DNA of 64,000 nt from Alphaproteobacteria bacterium (GTDB taxonomy: Bacteria; Pseudomonadota; Alphaproteobacteria; Bin95): positions 160,001 through 224,000 of the forward strand of contig OZ219788.1 of NCBI GenBank assembly GCA_964291285.2, in the 5' to 3' direction. Shown in pieces: positions 11,870 to 21,423 of this stretch (position 1 is its first letter; the number at the start of each line of letters is the position of its first letter). The position numbers were made by a program, and so were the translations under genes. A model generated the notes under the pieces. The model had not been told where the DNA came from. It worked only from the letters and a program-made list of their open reading frames with translations, and made no database searches.

Positions 11870-14474
11870 GCGGGTCGGGCTTTTTGGCGGTGGCGGTCTT
11901 GCGGGAACGGCCTTTTGCAGGGGCGGCCTTCGGCTTCGCGGCGGCCTTGCGAGCGCCCGTCTTGCCGCCGGCGGCTTTCTTCTGCTCCAGCAGGGGCAGG
12001 GCGGCTTCGAGCGTCGCCTCCTCGGGCGCCTGGCCTTTCGGCAGCGAGGCCATGATGCGGCCGTGCTTCACATAGGGTCCGTAACGGCCCTTGTGGACAG
12101 TGACGGGCTTGCCGTCGGCGGGATGCGCGCCCAGCTCCTTCAGCGGCCCGGCGGACCGTCCGCCCTTCTTGCCGGCTATCAGCACCACGGCCCGGTTCAG
12201 GCCGATTTCCAGCACATCGTCGCCGCGCGGGATCGAGACATAGGCGCCGTCATGGCGCAGATAGGGACCGTAGCGGCCGAGGCCGGCCGAGATCGGCTTG
12301 CCGGTTTCCGGATGCCGCCCCACTTCGCGCGGCAGGGAGAGCAGGCCGAGCGCCTGCTGCAGCGTGACGGCTGCCGGATCCATGCCCCGCGGCGTGGAGA
12401 CGCGCTTCGGCTTGTTCCCGTCCTCTCCGGCAAGCTGGACATAGAAGCCGTAGGGCCCCTTGCGCACGGACACCTCAAGCCCGGCCTCCGGGTGGTCGCC
12501 GAGGATACGCGGCCCGTTCTCGTCCTGGGCCTCCGGGGCCGTCAGCGGCCGGACATGGCGGCAGTCCGGATAGCGCGAGCAGCCGAAGAAAGCGCCGTGG
12601 CGGCCCAGCCGCAGGCCGAGCCGCCCCTCGCCGCAGGCCGGGCAAAGGCGCGGGTCCTTGCCGTTATCGGTCGGCGGGAAGAAATGCGCATCAAGCTCCT
12701 TGTCGAGAGCGTCGATGACATTTGATATGCGCAGGCCCTGCGTTTCCTCGACCTTGGCCTGGAAGCCGTCCCAGAACTCCTGCAGCAGCGCGCGCCAGTC
12801 GATGCGCCCGTTCGAGACCGCGTCGAGCTTCTCCTCCAGGTCGGCGGTGAATTCGTATTCCACATAGCGCTCGAAGAAGTTCTGCAGGAAGGCCGTAACG
12901 ATGCGTCCCCGGTCCTCCGGAACGAACCGCTTGTTTTCCAGCCGGACATAGTCGCGGTCCTGCAGTACCTGGATGATCGAGGCGTAGGTGGAAGGACGCC
13001 CGATGCCGAGCTCCTCCAGCCGCTTGACCAGGCTCGCCTCGGTGTAGCGCGGCGGCGGCTGGGTGAAATGCTGCTCGGCTTCCACAGCCTTCTGCTCCGC
13101 CGGCTCGCCTTCGGCCACGGGCGGCAGGGCCTGGCCCTCTTCCTCGCTGGTCGCCTTGCCGTCGGGCGCGTCGTCCCGGCCTTCGCGGTAGAGCTTCAGG
13201 TAGCCGTCGAAGCGGATGACCGAGCCGGTTGCGCGCAATACCGCCCGCCCGTCTGTCGCCGCCACATCGACGGCGGCGCGATCAAACACGGCAGCGGCCA
13301 TCTGGCTTGCGACGGCGCGCCGCCAGACCAGCTCGTAGAGCCTGAACAGGTCCGGGGCGAGCCGGTCCCGGACATCCTGCGGCCGGCGCCCCATATCGGT
13401 CGGCCGGACCGCCTCATGAGCCTCCTGGGCGTTGCGCGCCGAAGAGCGGTAGCGCCTCGGTTTCGGCGGCAGATAGGCCTCGCCGAAGTCGCGTTCGATC
13501 AGCCGGCGCGCGCCGGCCAGAGCTTCTCCGCTCATCGCCACGCTGTCGGTCCGCATGTAAGTGATGAGGCCCACGCTTTCGCCGCCGAGATCGACGCCCT
13601 CGTAAAGCTGCTGGGCGACGCGCATGGTACGCGCGGCCCCGAAGCCGAGCCGCCGCGAGGCCTCCTGCTGGAGCGTCGAAGTGGTGAAGGGCGGTGCCGG
13701 GTTACGGCGCGCCTGCTTCTTCTCCACAGCGGCGATCCGGTATGCGGCCTCCTCCAACCGCGCCTTGACGGCAAGCGCAGCCGCCTCGTCCGCAATCGCA
13801 TGGGTCGCGAGCTTCTTGCCGTCGAGATGGGTGAGCCGGGCGCGGAACGCCGCCCCGGCGGCCGTCTCGAAATCGGCATCGACGGTCCAGTATTCGCGTG
13901 CCCGGAACGCCTCGATCTCCGCCTCCCGGTCGCAGACCAGGCGGAGCGCCACTGATTGCACCCGTCCCGCCGAGCGTGCGCCGGGCAGCTTGCGCCAGAG
14001 CACCGGCGAGAGCGTGAAGCCCACCAGATAGTCGAGGGCACGGCGCGCCAGATAGGCGTCCACCAACTCCTGGTTGATGCTGCGCGGATTGGCGACGGCA
14101 TCGAGGACCGCATTGCGCGTCACCTCATGGAAGACGACGCGCCCGACCTCGACCCCTTTGAGCGCCTTGCGGCTTTCCAGAGCCTCCCGGACATGCCAGG
14201 AGATCGCCTCTCCCTCGCGGTCCGGGTCGGTGGCGAGATAGAGGCGCGAGGCGCCTTTCACCGCCTTGGCGATTTCCCCTACGTGCTTCCTGCCGCGCTC
14301 GTCCATCTGCCAGGACATGGCGAAGTCCTTGTCGGGCACGACCGAGCCGTCTTTCGGCGGAAGGTCGCGGACATGGCCAAAGCTCGCCAGCACCCGGAAA
14401 TCCCTTCCGAGATACTTGTTGATCGTCTTTGCCTTGGCCGGCGATTCGACAACAACGACAGTTTCAGCACTCAT
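11856..14474 (-). CDS. topA: DNA topoisomerase I
   Basis: VVESPAKAKTI, LATDPDREGEAI, SAGRVQS, LITYMRTDS, AQEAHEAVRPT, C-terminal GPYG repeats. Confidence 0.97.
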   Translation of the reverse strand: MSAETVVVVESPAKAKTINKYLGRDFRVLASFGHVRDLPPKDGSVVPDKDFAMSWQMDERGRKHVGEIAKAVKGASRLYLATDPDREGEAISWHVREALESRKALKGVEVGRVVFHEVTRNAVLDAVANPRSINQELVDAYLARRALDYLVGFTLSPVLWRKLPGARSAGRVQSVALRLVCDREAEIEAFRAREYWTVDADFETAAGAAFRARLTHLDGKKLATHAIADEAAALAVKARLEEAAYRIAAVEKKQARRNPAPPFTTSTLQQEASRRLGFGAARTMRVAQQLYEGVDLGGESVGLITYMRTDSVAMSGEALAGARRLIERDFGEAYLPPKPRRYRSSARNAQEAHEAVRPTDMGRRPQDVRDRLAPDLFRLYELVWRRAVASQMAAAVFDRAAVDVAATDGRAVLRATGSVIRFDGYLKLYREGRDDAPDGKATSEEEGQALPPVAEGEPAEQKAVEAEQHFTQPPPRYTEASLVKRLEELGIGRPSTYASIIQVLQDRDYVRLENKRFVPEDRGRIVTAFLQNFFERYVEYEFTADLEEKLDAVSNGRIDWRALLQEFWDGFQAKVEETQGLRISNVIDALDKELDAHFFPPTDNGKDPRLCPACGEGRLGLRLGRHGAFFGCSRYPDCRHVRPLTAPEAQDENGPRILGDHPEAGLEVSVRKGPYGFYVQLAGEDGNKPKRVSTPRGMDPAAVTLQQALGLLSLPREVGRHPETGKPISAGLGRYGPYLRHDGAYVSIPRGDDVLEIGLNRAVVLIAGKKGGRSAGPLKELGAHPADGKPVTVHKGRYGPYVKHGRIMASLPKGQAPEEATLEAALPLLEQKKAAGGKTGARKAAAKPKAAPAKGRSRKTATAKKPDPRGAA

Positions 14475-15556
14475 CGCGATATCAATGAAACCCTTTGACC
14501 AGGATGCCGTTCGACACGGCCTGCCAACTCAAGATCGAGCAGCATTGCGGCCACGGCGCCGCTCGACAAGTGGCATCGGCGGGCGAGTTCGTCAACCGTG
14601 ACCGGAACGGGGCCGAGCGCGGAGAGCAGGCTGTTTTCCGCTTCGGGACCATTGTCGCCCGCGGGGGCGGCAGGAGGCCGAGGCGGCGATATGGCGCGGA
14701 CCGGCCGGCTTGCCGCCGGGCGCGGGCGCGCCTGCGGCGCGATGCTGTCGGCGAGCGCTTCGGCAATGTCGTCGGCGCTGGTGACGAGGGTGGCGCCATT
14801 GCGGATCAGGTCATGGCAGCCGGCATTGCGCGGGTCGAGCGGCGAGCCGGGCACGGCGAACACCTGGCGGCCTTCGTCGGCGGCCAGCCGCGCGGTAATC
14901 AGCGAGCCCGACCGGGCCGCCGCCTCGATCACGACGACCCCGGCCGCCAGCCCCGCGACGATGCGGTTGCGGCGGGGAAAGTCCTGCGCCCGCGCCTGGA
15001 AGCCCGGCGGGTTTTCCGCGAGCACGAGGCCGTCCGCGGCCATGGCGTCGAACAGAGCTCGGTTCTGCGGCGGATAGGGACGGTCGATGCCCCCGGCCAG
15101 AACGGCAATGGTGCCGCTGGCAAGCGCGCCCCTGTGCGCGGCCGTGTCGATGCCGCGCGCAAGCCCCGAGACGACGGTGAAGCCGGCCTCGCCGAGCGCC
15201 CGCGCCAGCTGCTCTGCAATCCGCTGGCCGGCCGCAGACGCGTTGCGCGCGCCCACCATGGCGACGACCGGCGTGGCGGCGAGCACGAGGTTACCCAGCG
15301 CCGCAATGAAGGGCGGCGGGTCGGCGATGCGCGAGAGCGCGGCCGGGTAGTCGTCGTCGCCGAACCAGACCGGCCTTGCGCCGAGACGGGCCAGCGCCTC
15401 CAGTTCCTCCTCCGCTTCGCGCGCGGGCGGCGGCCGAAAGCCGAAGTCCGGCAACGCCTCCAACGCCGCCTCCGCCGAGCCCAGCCGCTCGACGAGTTCG
15501 AAGTATCGGACCGGCCCGATGCCGGGCGTCCGCGCGAGACGCAGCCTTGCCGTCAT
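14471..15556 (-). CDS. dprA: DNA-processing protein DprA
   Basis: VGARNAS, VVSGLARGID, FPRRNRIVAGL, SGSLITA, VFAVPGSP; located between plsY and topA. Confidence 0.95.
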   Translation of the reverse strand: MTARLRLARTPGIGPVRYFELVERLGSAEAALEALPDFGFRPPPAREAEEELEALARLGARPVWFGDDDYPAALSRIADPPPFIAALGNLVLAATPVVAMVGARNASAAGQRIAEQLARALGEAGFTVVSGLARGIDTAAHRGALASGTIAVLAGGIDRPYPPQNRALFDAMAADGLVLAENPPGFQARAQDFPRRNRIVAGLAAGVVVIEAAARSGSLITARLAADEGRQVFAVPGSPLDPRNAGCHDLIRNGATLVTSADDIAEALADSIAPQARPRPAASRPVRAISPPRPPAAPAGDNGPEAENSLLSALGPVPVTVDELARRCHLSSGAVAAMLLDLELAGRVERHPGQRVSLISR

Positions 15557-16167
15557 CGCAGCTTGATCCGGCTTTCCTCGCCTTTCAGCAGCCGGCGGAT
15601 ATTGGCGGCATGGCGGGCGATCACGGCTATCGCAATCAGGCCGGTCACCTCCGCTTCGGCCGCCCCGACAAGCGCCCAGGCCCAAGCCGGCGAGGAGCCG
15701 ATGGCGAGGATCGCGGCCAGCGACGAATAGCGGAAGAGCGCAGCCGTTCCGAGCCATACGGCCGCCGCCGCAATTCCGACAGGCCATGTGAAGACGAACA
15801 GCACGCCGAAGGCGGTCGCCACGCCCCTGCCGCCGCGAAAGCGCAGCCAGACCGGCGCGATATGGCCGGCGACCACGCCGAGCGCCGCGAACACCGCCAT
15901 GCTCGGGCCGAACCAGTGGCCCGCCACCGCCACCGCGGCCGCGCCCTTGCCGGCGTCGAGCAGCAGGGTGAACGCCGCCAGCCCCTTGCGCCCGGTCCGC
16001 AGCACGTTGGTCGCGCCGATATTGCCGGAGCCGACCTGCCTGAGATCCCCCGCCCCGGCCAGGCGGGTGAGCAGCAGGCCGAAGGGAATGCTTCCCAGCA
16101 GGTAGGCCGCCAGGAACGCCGCATAGAGCGGCCAGGTGAAGGAGAAATCGCCAAGCGGGTCGGGCAT
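15553..16167 (-). CDS. plsY: Glycerol-3-phosphate acyltransferase PlsY
   Basis: YLLGSIPFG, GSGNIGATNVLR, FRGGRGVAT, RHAANIRRL. Confidence 0.96.
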   Translation of the reverse strand: MPDPLGDFSFTWPLYAAFLAAYLLGSIPFGLLLTRLAGAGDLRQVGSGNIGATNVLRTGRKGLAAFTLLLDAGKGAAAVAVAGHWFGPSMAVFAALGVVAGHIAPVWLRFRGGRGVATAFGVLFVFTWPVGIAAAAVWLGTAALFRYSSLAAILAIGSSPAWAWALVGAAEAEVTGLIAIAVIARHAANIRRLLKGEESRIKLR

Positions 16168-16168
16168 C

Positions 16169-17071
16169 TCAGATCCCCATCACTATGCGCGCGAGCCGTT
16201 CCGCATCCTCCGGCCCGACCATCAGCGTCGGGGCGGTGATGGCGCGCACGCCTTCCGCCTCTATCGCCGCCGCCTCATGCGCGTCCGCCTCGTCGATGAC
16301 CAGCGCGCGGATCAGGCCGCGGTAATGACGGGCGACCGCAAGCGAGGAGGGTTCCAGCCCGAGTTCCGACATCATCTTCGCCGCCGGGCCCTTCACCGCC
16401 CTGCCGCCGATGATCGGGGAGACGCAGACGGCGTCGCGCATCGCCTTCCGATAACCCGCGACGGCCAGTATCGGGTCTATGCTGATATAGGGGTTGGACG
16501 GGCAGATGACGACAAGGTCGGCATCGCCCAGGGCTTCGAGCGCGCCGGGCGCCGGGCGGGCGGTTTCAGCGCCCTCGAAAGCGAAGCCGGTAACGCGCGG
16601 GGCGGTGCGTTCGCGCACGAAATAATGCTGGAAGGCAAGCCGCCCGGATGCGGTCTCGACCAGGGTCCGCAACCGGTGGTCGGTTGCCGGAATCACGCGC
16701 GCCGACACGCGGAGCCGGTCGAGAAAGCCGGCAGTAACGGCGGATAGCGGCTCTCCGGCCGCGAGGCGCCGGCTGCGCAGAACATGCATCGCAAGATCGG
16801 CGTCGCCCAGATTGAACCAGGTCTCGCCGCCGAGCGCGCCAACGGCAGCCATGAAGTTCCAGCTCTCGCCGGCGCGGCCCCAGCCGCGTTCCCGGTCGGC
16901 GAGACCCGAGAGCGCATAGACCAGCGAATCGATGTCCGGCGAAACCGAAAGGCCGAGATGCTCGAAATCGTCGCCGGTATTGGCGATCACCGTGAGGTCA
17001 GCGCCGGCGCGCATCAGCCCTTCCGCCAGTTTCGCGCCGCCGACGCCGCCGGAGAGCGCGGCGACTTTCAC
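16169..17071 (-). CDS. cofD: 2-phospho-L-lactate transferase (F420 biosynthesis)
   Basis: LSGGVGGAKL, NTGDDFEHLGLSVSPDID, WFNLGDADLA, PSNPYISIDPIL, VKGPAAKMM. Confidence 0.93.
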   Translation of the reverse strand: MKVAALSGGVGGAKLAEGLMRAGADLTVIANTGDDFEHLGLSVSPDIDSLVYALSGLADRERGWGRAGESWNFMAAVGALGGETWFNLGDADLAMHVLRSRRLAAGEPLSAVTAGFLDRLRVSARVIPATDHRLRTLVETASGRLAFQHYFVRERTAPRVTGFAFEGAETARPAPGALEALGDADLVVICPSNPYISIDPILAVAGYRKAMRDAVCVSPIIGGRAVKGPAAKMMSELGLEPSSLAVARHYRGLIRALVIDEADAHEAAAIEAEGVRAITAPTLMVGPEDAERLARIVMGI

Positions 17072-17823
17072 CGGAACAGGTCCGTGGCCCGGTCGCGCAG
17101 CAAGGGGCCAACGCCGCTATCGTCGTCCGGCAGGTCGAGCCCGCGAACAAGCACGACCGGTGTCGCTTCGTCGGCCTGTCCCTGGAGGATCGAAGCGGCG
17201 GCCGCGATCTCGTCCGCCTGGCCGACAATGGTGACTTCCAGCGGCTGGCCGAACAGGTCGGGTTCGCCGCGGCGGTCGTCGATGGCCGGCAGACCGGCCA
17301 CGCCGATAGCGACGCCGCAGGTGCCTACCCGCCAGGCCCGGCCGAAGCTGTCAGACACGATGACGCCGGGCGCCGCGCCCCAGCGCTCCGCCAGCGCGGT
17401 ACGCAGCGCCCTCGCGGAAGCGTCGGGGTCGATGGGCAGCAGCAGCAGGCGTCCGGCCTCGATGTTGGAGTGGTCTATGCCGGCATTCGCCATCACATGG
17501 CCGTGCCTGTGCTCGACGACCACCACGCCCGGCCGGTGGCGCACGATCTCTGCCGTTTCCCCGAGCAGGATTTCGACATGCGCAGGGTCCTTGCGGGTCA
17601 GCGCCGCCAATCGCTTCGCCGCCGGCGACGGCGCCGTCTCCGCCGGAAAGGCGTAGCGCCCTTCCGCCTTGGAAACGATCTTCTGCGCGACCACGAGGAT
17701 GTCGCCGGCCTCGAGCCCGGTTCCGGCCCGTTCCAGCCCATCGGAAATCAACCCGGCGAGATCGTCGCCCGGCTCGACCATCGGCAGTCCGGGCAGCGCG
17801 ACCAGCTCCAGCCGCCGGGTCAC
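17068..17823 (-). CDS. cofE: Coenzyme F420:L-glutamate ligase
   Basis: PMVEPGDDL, VAQKIVSKAEGR, ANAGIDHSN, SDSFGRAWR, ADEIAAAA. Confidence 0.93.
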   Translation of the reverse strand: MTRRLELVALPGLPMVEPGDDLAGLISDGLERAGTGLEAGDILVVAQKIVSKAEGRYAFPAETAPSPAAKRLAALTRKDPAHVEILLGETAEIVRHRPGVVVVEHRHGHVMANAGIDHSNIEAGRLLLLPIDPDASARALRTALAERWGAAPGVIVSDSFGRAWRVGTCGVAIGVAGLPAIDDRRGEPDLFGQPLEVTIVGQADEIAAAASILQGQADEATPVVLVRGLDLPDDDSGVGPLLRDRATDLFR

Positions 17824-18479
17824 GCGCCGCCCTGCTCCGCCGCCGGCGTCCCGGTAATCCGCAAGCCCGCGCCGTCGATGCCGTAGCGGCGGTTGATCTG
17901 GATGATGACAGAGGTGAGCGCCTCGGCGGCGGCGGAATTCGCCAGCGGGCCGGCATGCCAGCCGCGCAGGCCGAGGTCTTCCGCCAGCCCGATCACGGTT
18001 TCGCGCGCCGCCAGCTTGTCGCCCGCCACCAGCACGTCGCAGTCGATGTCATGGGCCGCCTGCAAGTGCGCCGCCGCAACATTCTGGAAGGCCGAGACGA
18101 CGGTGGCGCGTTCGCCCAGCCAGGCCTGCGCCTCAACCGCCGCCGAACCGGCCTCGGGAAGTTGCACCGTCCCGACCCGGGGCGGCATCAGCGGCACGGT
18201 CGCATCGACGAGGATCTTGCCTTCGAGACCGTCGGCAATGCTCTCTATCGTGCTCCTGTGGTGGGCGTAGGGCACGGTCAGCACCACGATATCGGCAGCC
18301 GCGGCCGCTTCCGGGTTAACGAGGCCGACCGCGCCGTGGCCCGCCTCCGCCGCCGCGGCATCGGCCCGCTCCTGGGTGCGCGATCCGATCACCACCTTGT
18401 GCCCGGCATCCGCCCAGCGCCGCGCGAAGCCCGTGCCGAGCGCGCCCGTGCCGCCGATGATCGCGATGGTCCGTCCCAT
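17820..18479 (-). CDS. npdG: NADPH-dependent F420 reductase
   Basis: IIGGTGALGTG, VIGSR, VDATVPL, VSAFQNVAA, GPLANS; translationally coupled to cofE. Confidence 0.9.
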   Translation of the reverse strand: MGRTIAIIGGTGALGTGFARRWADAGHKVVIGSRTQERADAAAAEAGHGAVGLVNPEAAAAADIVVLTVPYAHHRSTIESIADGLEGKILVDATVPLMPPRVGTVQLPEAGSAAVEAQAWLGERATVVSAFQNVAAAHLQAAHDIDCDVLVAGDKLAARETVIGLAEDLGLRGWHAGPLANSAAAEALTSVIIQINRRYGIDGAGLRITGTPAAEQGGA

Positions 18480-18586
18480 AAGCCGCGCCTCCCCCTCTCG
18501 CTGCGCCCGCAGGGTTTACCCCATGCCGGGCGCCAAGCCAAAGCACGCTTGCCGTGAACTGTGTCCTAACCCTATCTTCCCGGCTC

Positions 18587-18781
18587 ATGATCGCGCCGCG
18601 CCCCATCGCCAGCCCCTGCGTGAAGGTTTGCCGCATCTCGCCCGAGACGCAGTATTGCGAGGGCTGTGGCCGCCGGCTCAAGGAAATCGCGGGCTGGGCC
18701 CGGATGGCGGAGGCGGAGCGCGCCGCCATCATGGCGGACCTGCCCCGCAGGCTCGCCGAAGGCGCTGCGGCACCGGCCTGA
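18587..18781 (+). CDS. DUF1289 family small Cys-rich protein
   Basis: SPCVKVC...CEGCGRRLKEIAGW. Confidence 0.85.
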   Translation: MIAPRPIASPCVKVCRISPETQYCEGCGRRLKEIAGWARMAEAERAAIMADLPRRLAEGAAAPA

Positions 18782-18817
18782 GGCGCAGGGCCCGCTGGCG
18801 GGCCGGCTCTGCAGGCC

Positions 18818-19432
18818 TTACTCGTCGAAGGCGGCCGACAGCCGGCTCCGCAGCTCTCCGGCCCCCGGCGCGCCGAGGTCCTGCGCCCGGAGCGCCCAGC
18901 GCCATGCCTCGGCCGGATCGTAAACCTCCTCCGGCCCGTTGATGCGGAGCAGCGCCAGATTGAAGGCCGCCTGCCCGATGCCGGCTTCGGCCGCGAGCGC
19001 ATAGAGGTCCGCGGCGCGGGCGGCGTCTTCGGCCTCGACCAAGCGCGCGAGGTTGAAATGCGCCTCGGCATGGCCCTGCGCCGCAGCGGCTTCGTACCAG
19101 TTTTGCGCCTCAGCCGGGTCGCGCGGCAGGCGGGGGGCGGAATCGAACAGGAGACCCAGCCGGAACTGGGCCCGCACCTCTCCCTGCGCCGCGGCCTTCC
19201 GATACCAGCCCACCGCTTCCGGCAGGCTGTTTGCCCCGCGCAGGCCCCGGTCGTGGATATAGCCGAGATAGAATTGCGCTTCCGGGTCTCCGGCCCTGGC
19301 CGCCTGTCCGTACCACCGCATGGCGTCGCCATAGGTCACGACGGGCGACGGCATGTCGGCCGCGCCGGCCCGCGCCGATACGAGGCAGAGCACGGCCAGA
19401 AACCCGCACAATGCAAGGCGCACGCCGTTCAT
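18818..19432 (-). CDS. Secreted Sel1-like repeat protein
   Basis: Signal peptide followed by repeats WYxxAAxxGxxxAQFxLG. Confidence 0.88.
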   Translation of the reverse strand: MNGVRLALCGFLAVLCLVSARAGAADMPSPVVTYGDAMRWYGQAARAGDPEAQFYLGYIHDRGLRGANSLPEAVGWYRKAAAQGEVRAQFRLGLLFDSAPRLPRDPAEAQNWYEAAAAQGHAEAHFNLARLVEAEDAARAADLYALAAEAGIGQAAFNLALLRINGPEEVYDPAEAWRWALRAQDLGAPGAGELRSRLSAAFDE

Positions 19433-19699
19433 TCCTGCCCCGGTGGCTTTTTGCATGGTTCGGGGTTCTCGCAACGCTCCCGCCCATCCCGTTCAAACAA
19501 AGCGGCGGGTATCCGCGAACTCGCAGACCGGCGCAAGCCTCAACACGCCCGAATGCGTCCCTGAGACCCATAATTGTCATAAATTGCGGAGAACGGCCAG
19601 AGGGTTGGAGTGCAGGGCGGTCCCCGCCCGCAAGAGGGAAGCCCCGCTTGCGCGCCGGGAGCGGGAGACTCACAATCCCGAATCGAGGGGGACTTGGTC

Positions 19700-20641
19700 A
19701 TGTATGCACTAAGAGACTTTGGCAGCTTCCATGTCGGCGGGCGGATGGTGACCGTGTCCGGTCAGGAGAAGCGCACCGTCGCGTTTACGCCGAGCCTGGT
19801 CCTGGAATACGACCCCAATGGGGAGTTCCTCGTTGAGCAGGTCTATGTCCAGTATTTCATCCCGGCCGAACAGAAGTTCCCGCATCCGCTCGTCCTGCTT
19901 CACGGCGGCGGCCTGACCGGCGCCTGCTGGGAGACGACGCCGGACGGCCGCCCCGGCTGGCTGCACGACTTCCTCCGCCAGGGCTTCGCCGTCTATGTCA
20001 TCGACAATGTCGAGCGCGGGCGTTCCGGCTTCTGTGCGCTCGAAGGCGTATGGGACGGCGAGCCGGTCATGCGGACCGCCGCCGAGGCGTGGGACCTGTT
20101 CCGTTTCGGCCGGCCCGAGGACTTCGCCGCGGGCAAGCCCTTCGAGGGCCAGCGCTTCCCCCTCGATGCGATGGAGAGCTTCCAGCGCCAGTTCGTGCCG
20201 CGCTGGACCTCGACCTCCGAAGCCCAGATCCGGGGCGTCGGCGCGGCTCTCAGGCGGATCGGCCCCTCAGTGCTGATCTGCCACAGCCAAGGCGGTTATC
20301 TCGGCAGCCATGCCGCGATCGAAAATCCCGAATGCATTCGTGGCGTCGTCTGTTGCGAGGGCTCGACCCTGCCCGCGGACGAGCAGGTATCGCCGGCGAC
20401 GGTCGCCGGCGGGCCGTGGCTGCTGCTGCTCGGCGATTTCATCGACTTCTCGCCGCGATGGACCGCCACGCGAGAGACAACCGCCGCCTTCGGCGAACGG
20501 GTGAATGCCGTCGGTAGCCGGGCCGAACTGGTCGAACTGCCCGATGCCGGCTTCCCCGGCGCCACCCACATGTTCATGATGGACGGGCACTCGGCCGACA
20601 TCTCCGAATGGCTCGGAGCCTGGATTCGGGAAAACTGCTGA
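19700..20641 (+). CDS. Alpha/beta hydrolase (esterase-like)
   Basis: LHGGGLTGACWETTPDGRPGW, CHSQGG nucleophile elbow, GATHMFMMD. Confidence 0.85.
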   Translation: MYALRDFGSFHVGGRMVTVSGQEKRTVAFTPSLVLEYDPNGEFLVEQVYVQYFIPAEQKFPHPLVLLHGGGLTGACWETTPDGRPGWLHDFLRQGFAVYVIDNVERGRSGFCALEGVWDGEPVMRTAAEAWDLFRFGRPEDFAAGKPFEGQRFPLDAMESFQRQFVPRWTSTSEAQIRGVGAALRRIGPSVLICHSQGGYLGSHAAIENPECIRGVVCCEGSTLPADEQVSPATVAGGPWLLLLGDFIDFSPRWTATRETTAAFGERVNAVGSRAELVELPDAGFPGATHMFMMDGHSADISEWLGAWIRENC

Positions 20642-20665
20642 ACGGCGTGCCGGTCGGGGCGCCGC

Positions 20666-21418
20666 TCAGCCGGTCTTCTCCATGGCGGCGCGGACGTCTT
20701 CCGTCCGGTCGCGGGGCTCGGTCGCGACGATGGCAATCTCGGAGACCGTGGCCCGGCGCGGCAGAGCGAGCGCCATGACGATCGCCGTCGAAATATCTTC
20801 CGGCATCATCATGGTGGCACGTGCGGCGGCGTCCGGCGGCAGCGCGCGCCTGTCGAGGATCGGCGTATCGACCTCTCCGGGAAACACAGTGATGCAGCGG
20901 ATTCCGTGGCGCTGCACCTCGGTGGCAAGCACATCCATCCACGCGCGGACCGCCGCCTTGGCCGCGCTGTACGGCGCGCCGGCCATGATGCTCGGGGAGA
21001 TGGCGGCCATGGACGAGACGGTGACCACATCGCCCGCCTCCTTCTCGATCATCGGCGGCAGGAGCGCACGGGTCAGCATGGCGGGGCCGAGCGTGTTCAC
21101 GTCCATGACCGCGCGCCATTCCTCGGGGCCGACATAGCGGGTGCTGCGCACGGTGGAGGAGAAGCCGGCATTGTTGACCAGGATATCGACCGGGCCGACA
21201 GCCTCGGCGAGGCGGAAGGCTTCGTCCGGGTCCGCGAGGTCGGCCGTATGCACCTCGATGCCGCCCCCGGCGCGCTGCGCGGTCTCATCCAGCGGGGCCC
21301 GGCGGCGGCCGCAGATGACCACCTCAGCGCCGGCCTCGGCGAGGTCGAGAGCGAGGCAGCTTCCGATGCCGCTGCCTCCGCCGGTAACAAGCACGCGTTT
21401 TCCCTGAAAGTTTCCCAT
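20666..21418 (-). CDS. SDR family oxidoreductase
   Basis: TGGGSGIG, LVNNAG, YSAAK. Confidence 0.92.
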   Translation of the reverse strand: MGNFQGKRVLVTGGGSGIGSCLALDLAEAGAEVVICGRRRAPLDETAQRAGGGIEVHTADLADPDEAFRLAEAVGPVDILVNNAGFSSTVRSTRYVGPEEWRAVMDVNTLGPAMLTRALLPPMIEKEAGDVVTVSSMAAISPSIMAGAPYSAAKAAVRAWMDVLATEVQRHGIRCITVFPGEVDTPILDRRALPPDAAARATMMMPEDISTAIVMALALPRRATVSEIAIVATEPRDRTEDVRAAMEKTG

Positions 21419-21423
21419 GGGGT

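Noticed and set aside
19475-19695. Possible riboswitch upstream of the esterase
   Set aside because: Only short GC-rich dyads; I recognised no aptamer consensus.
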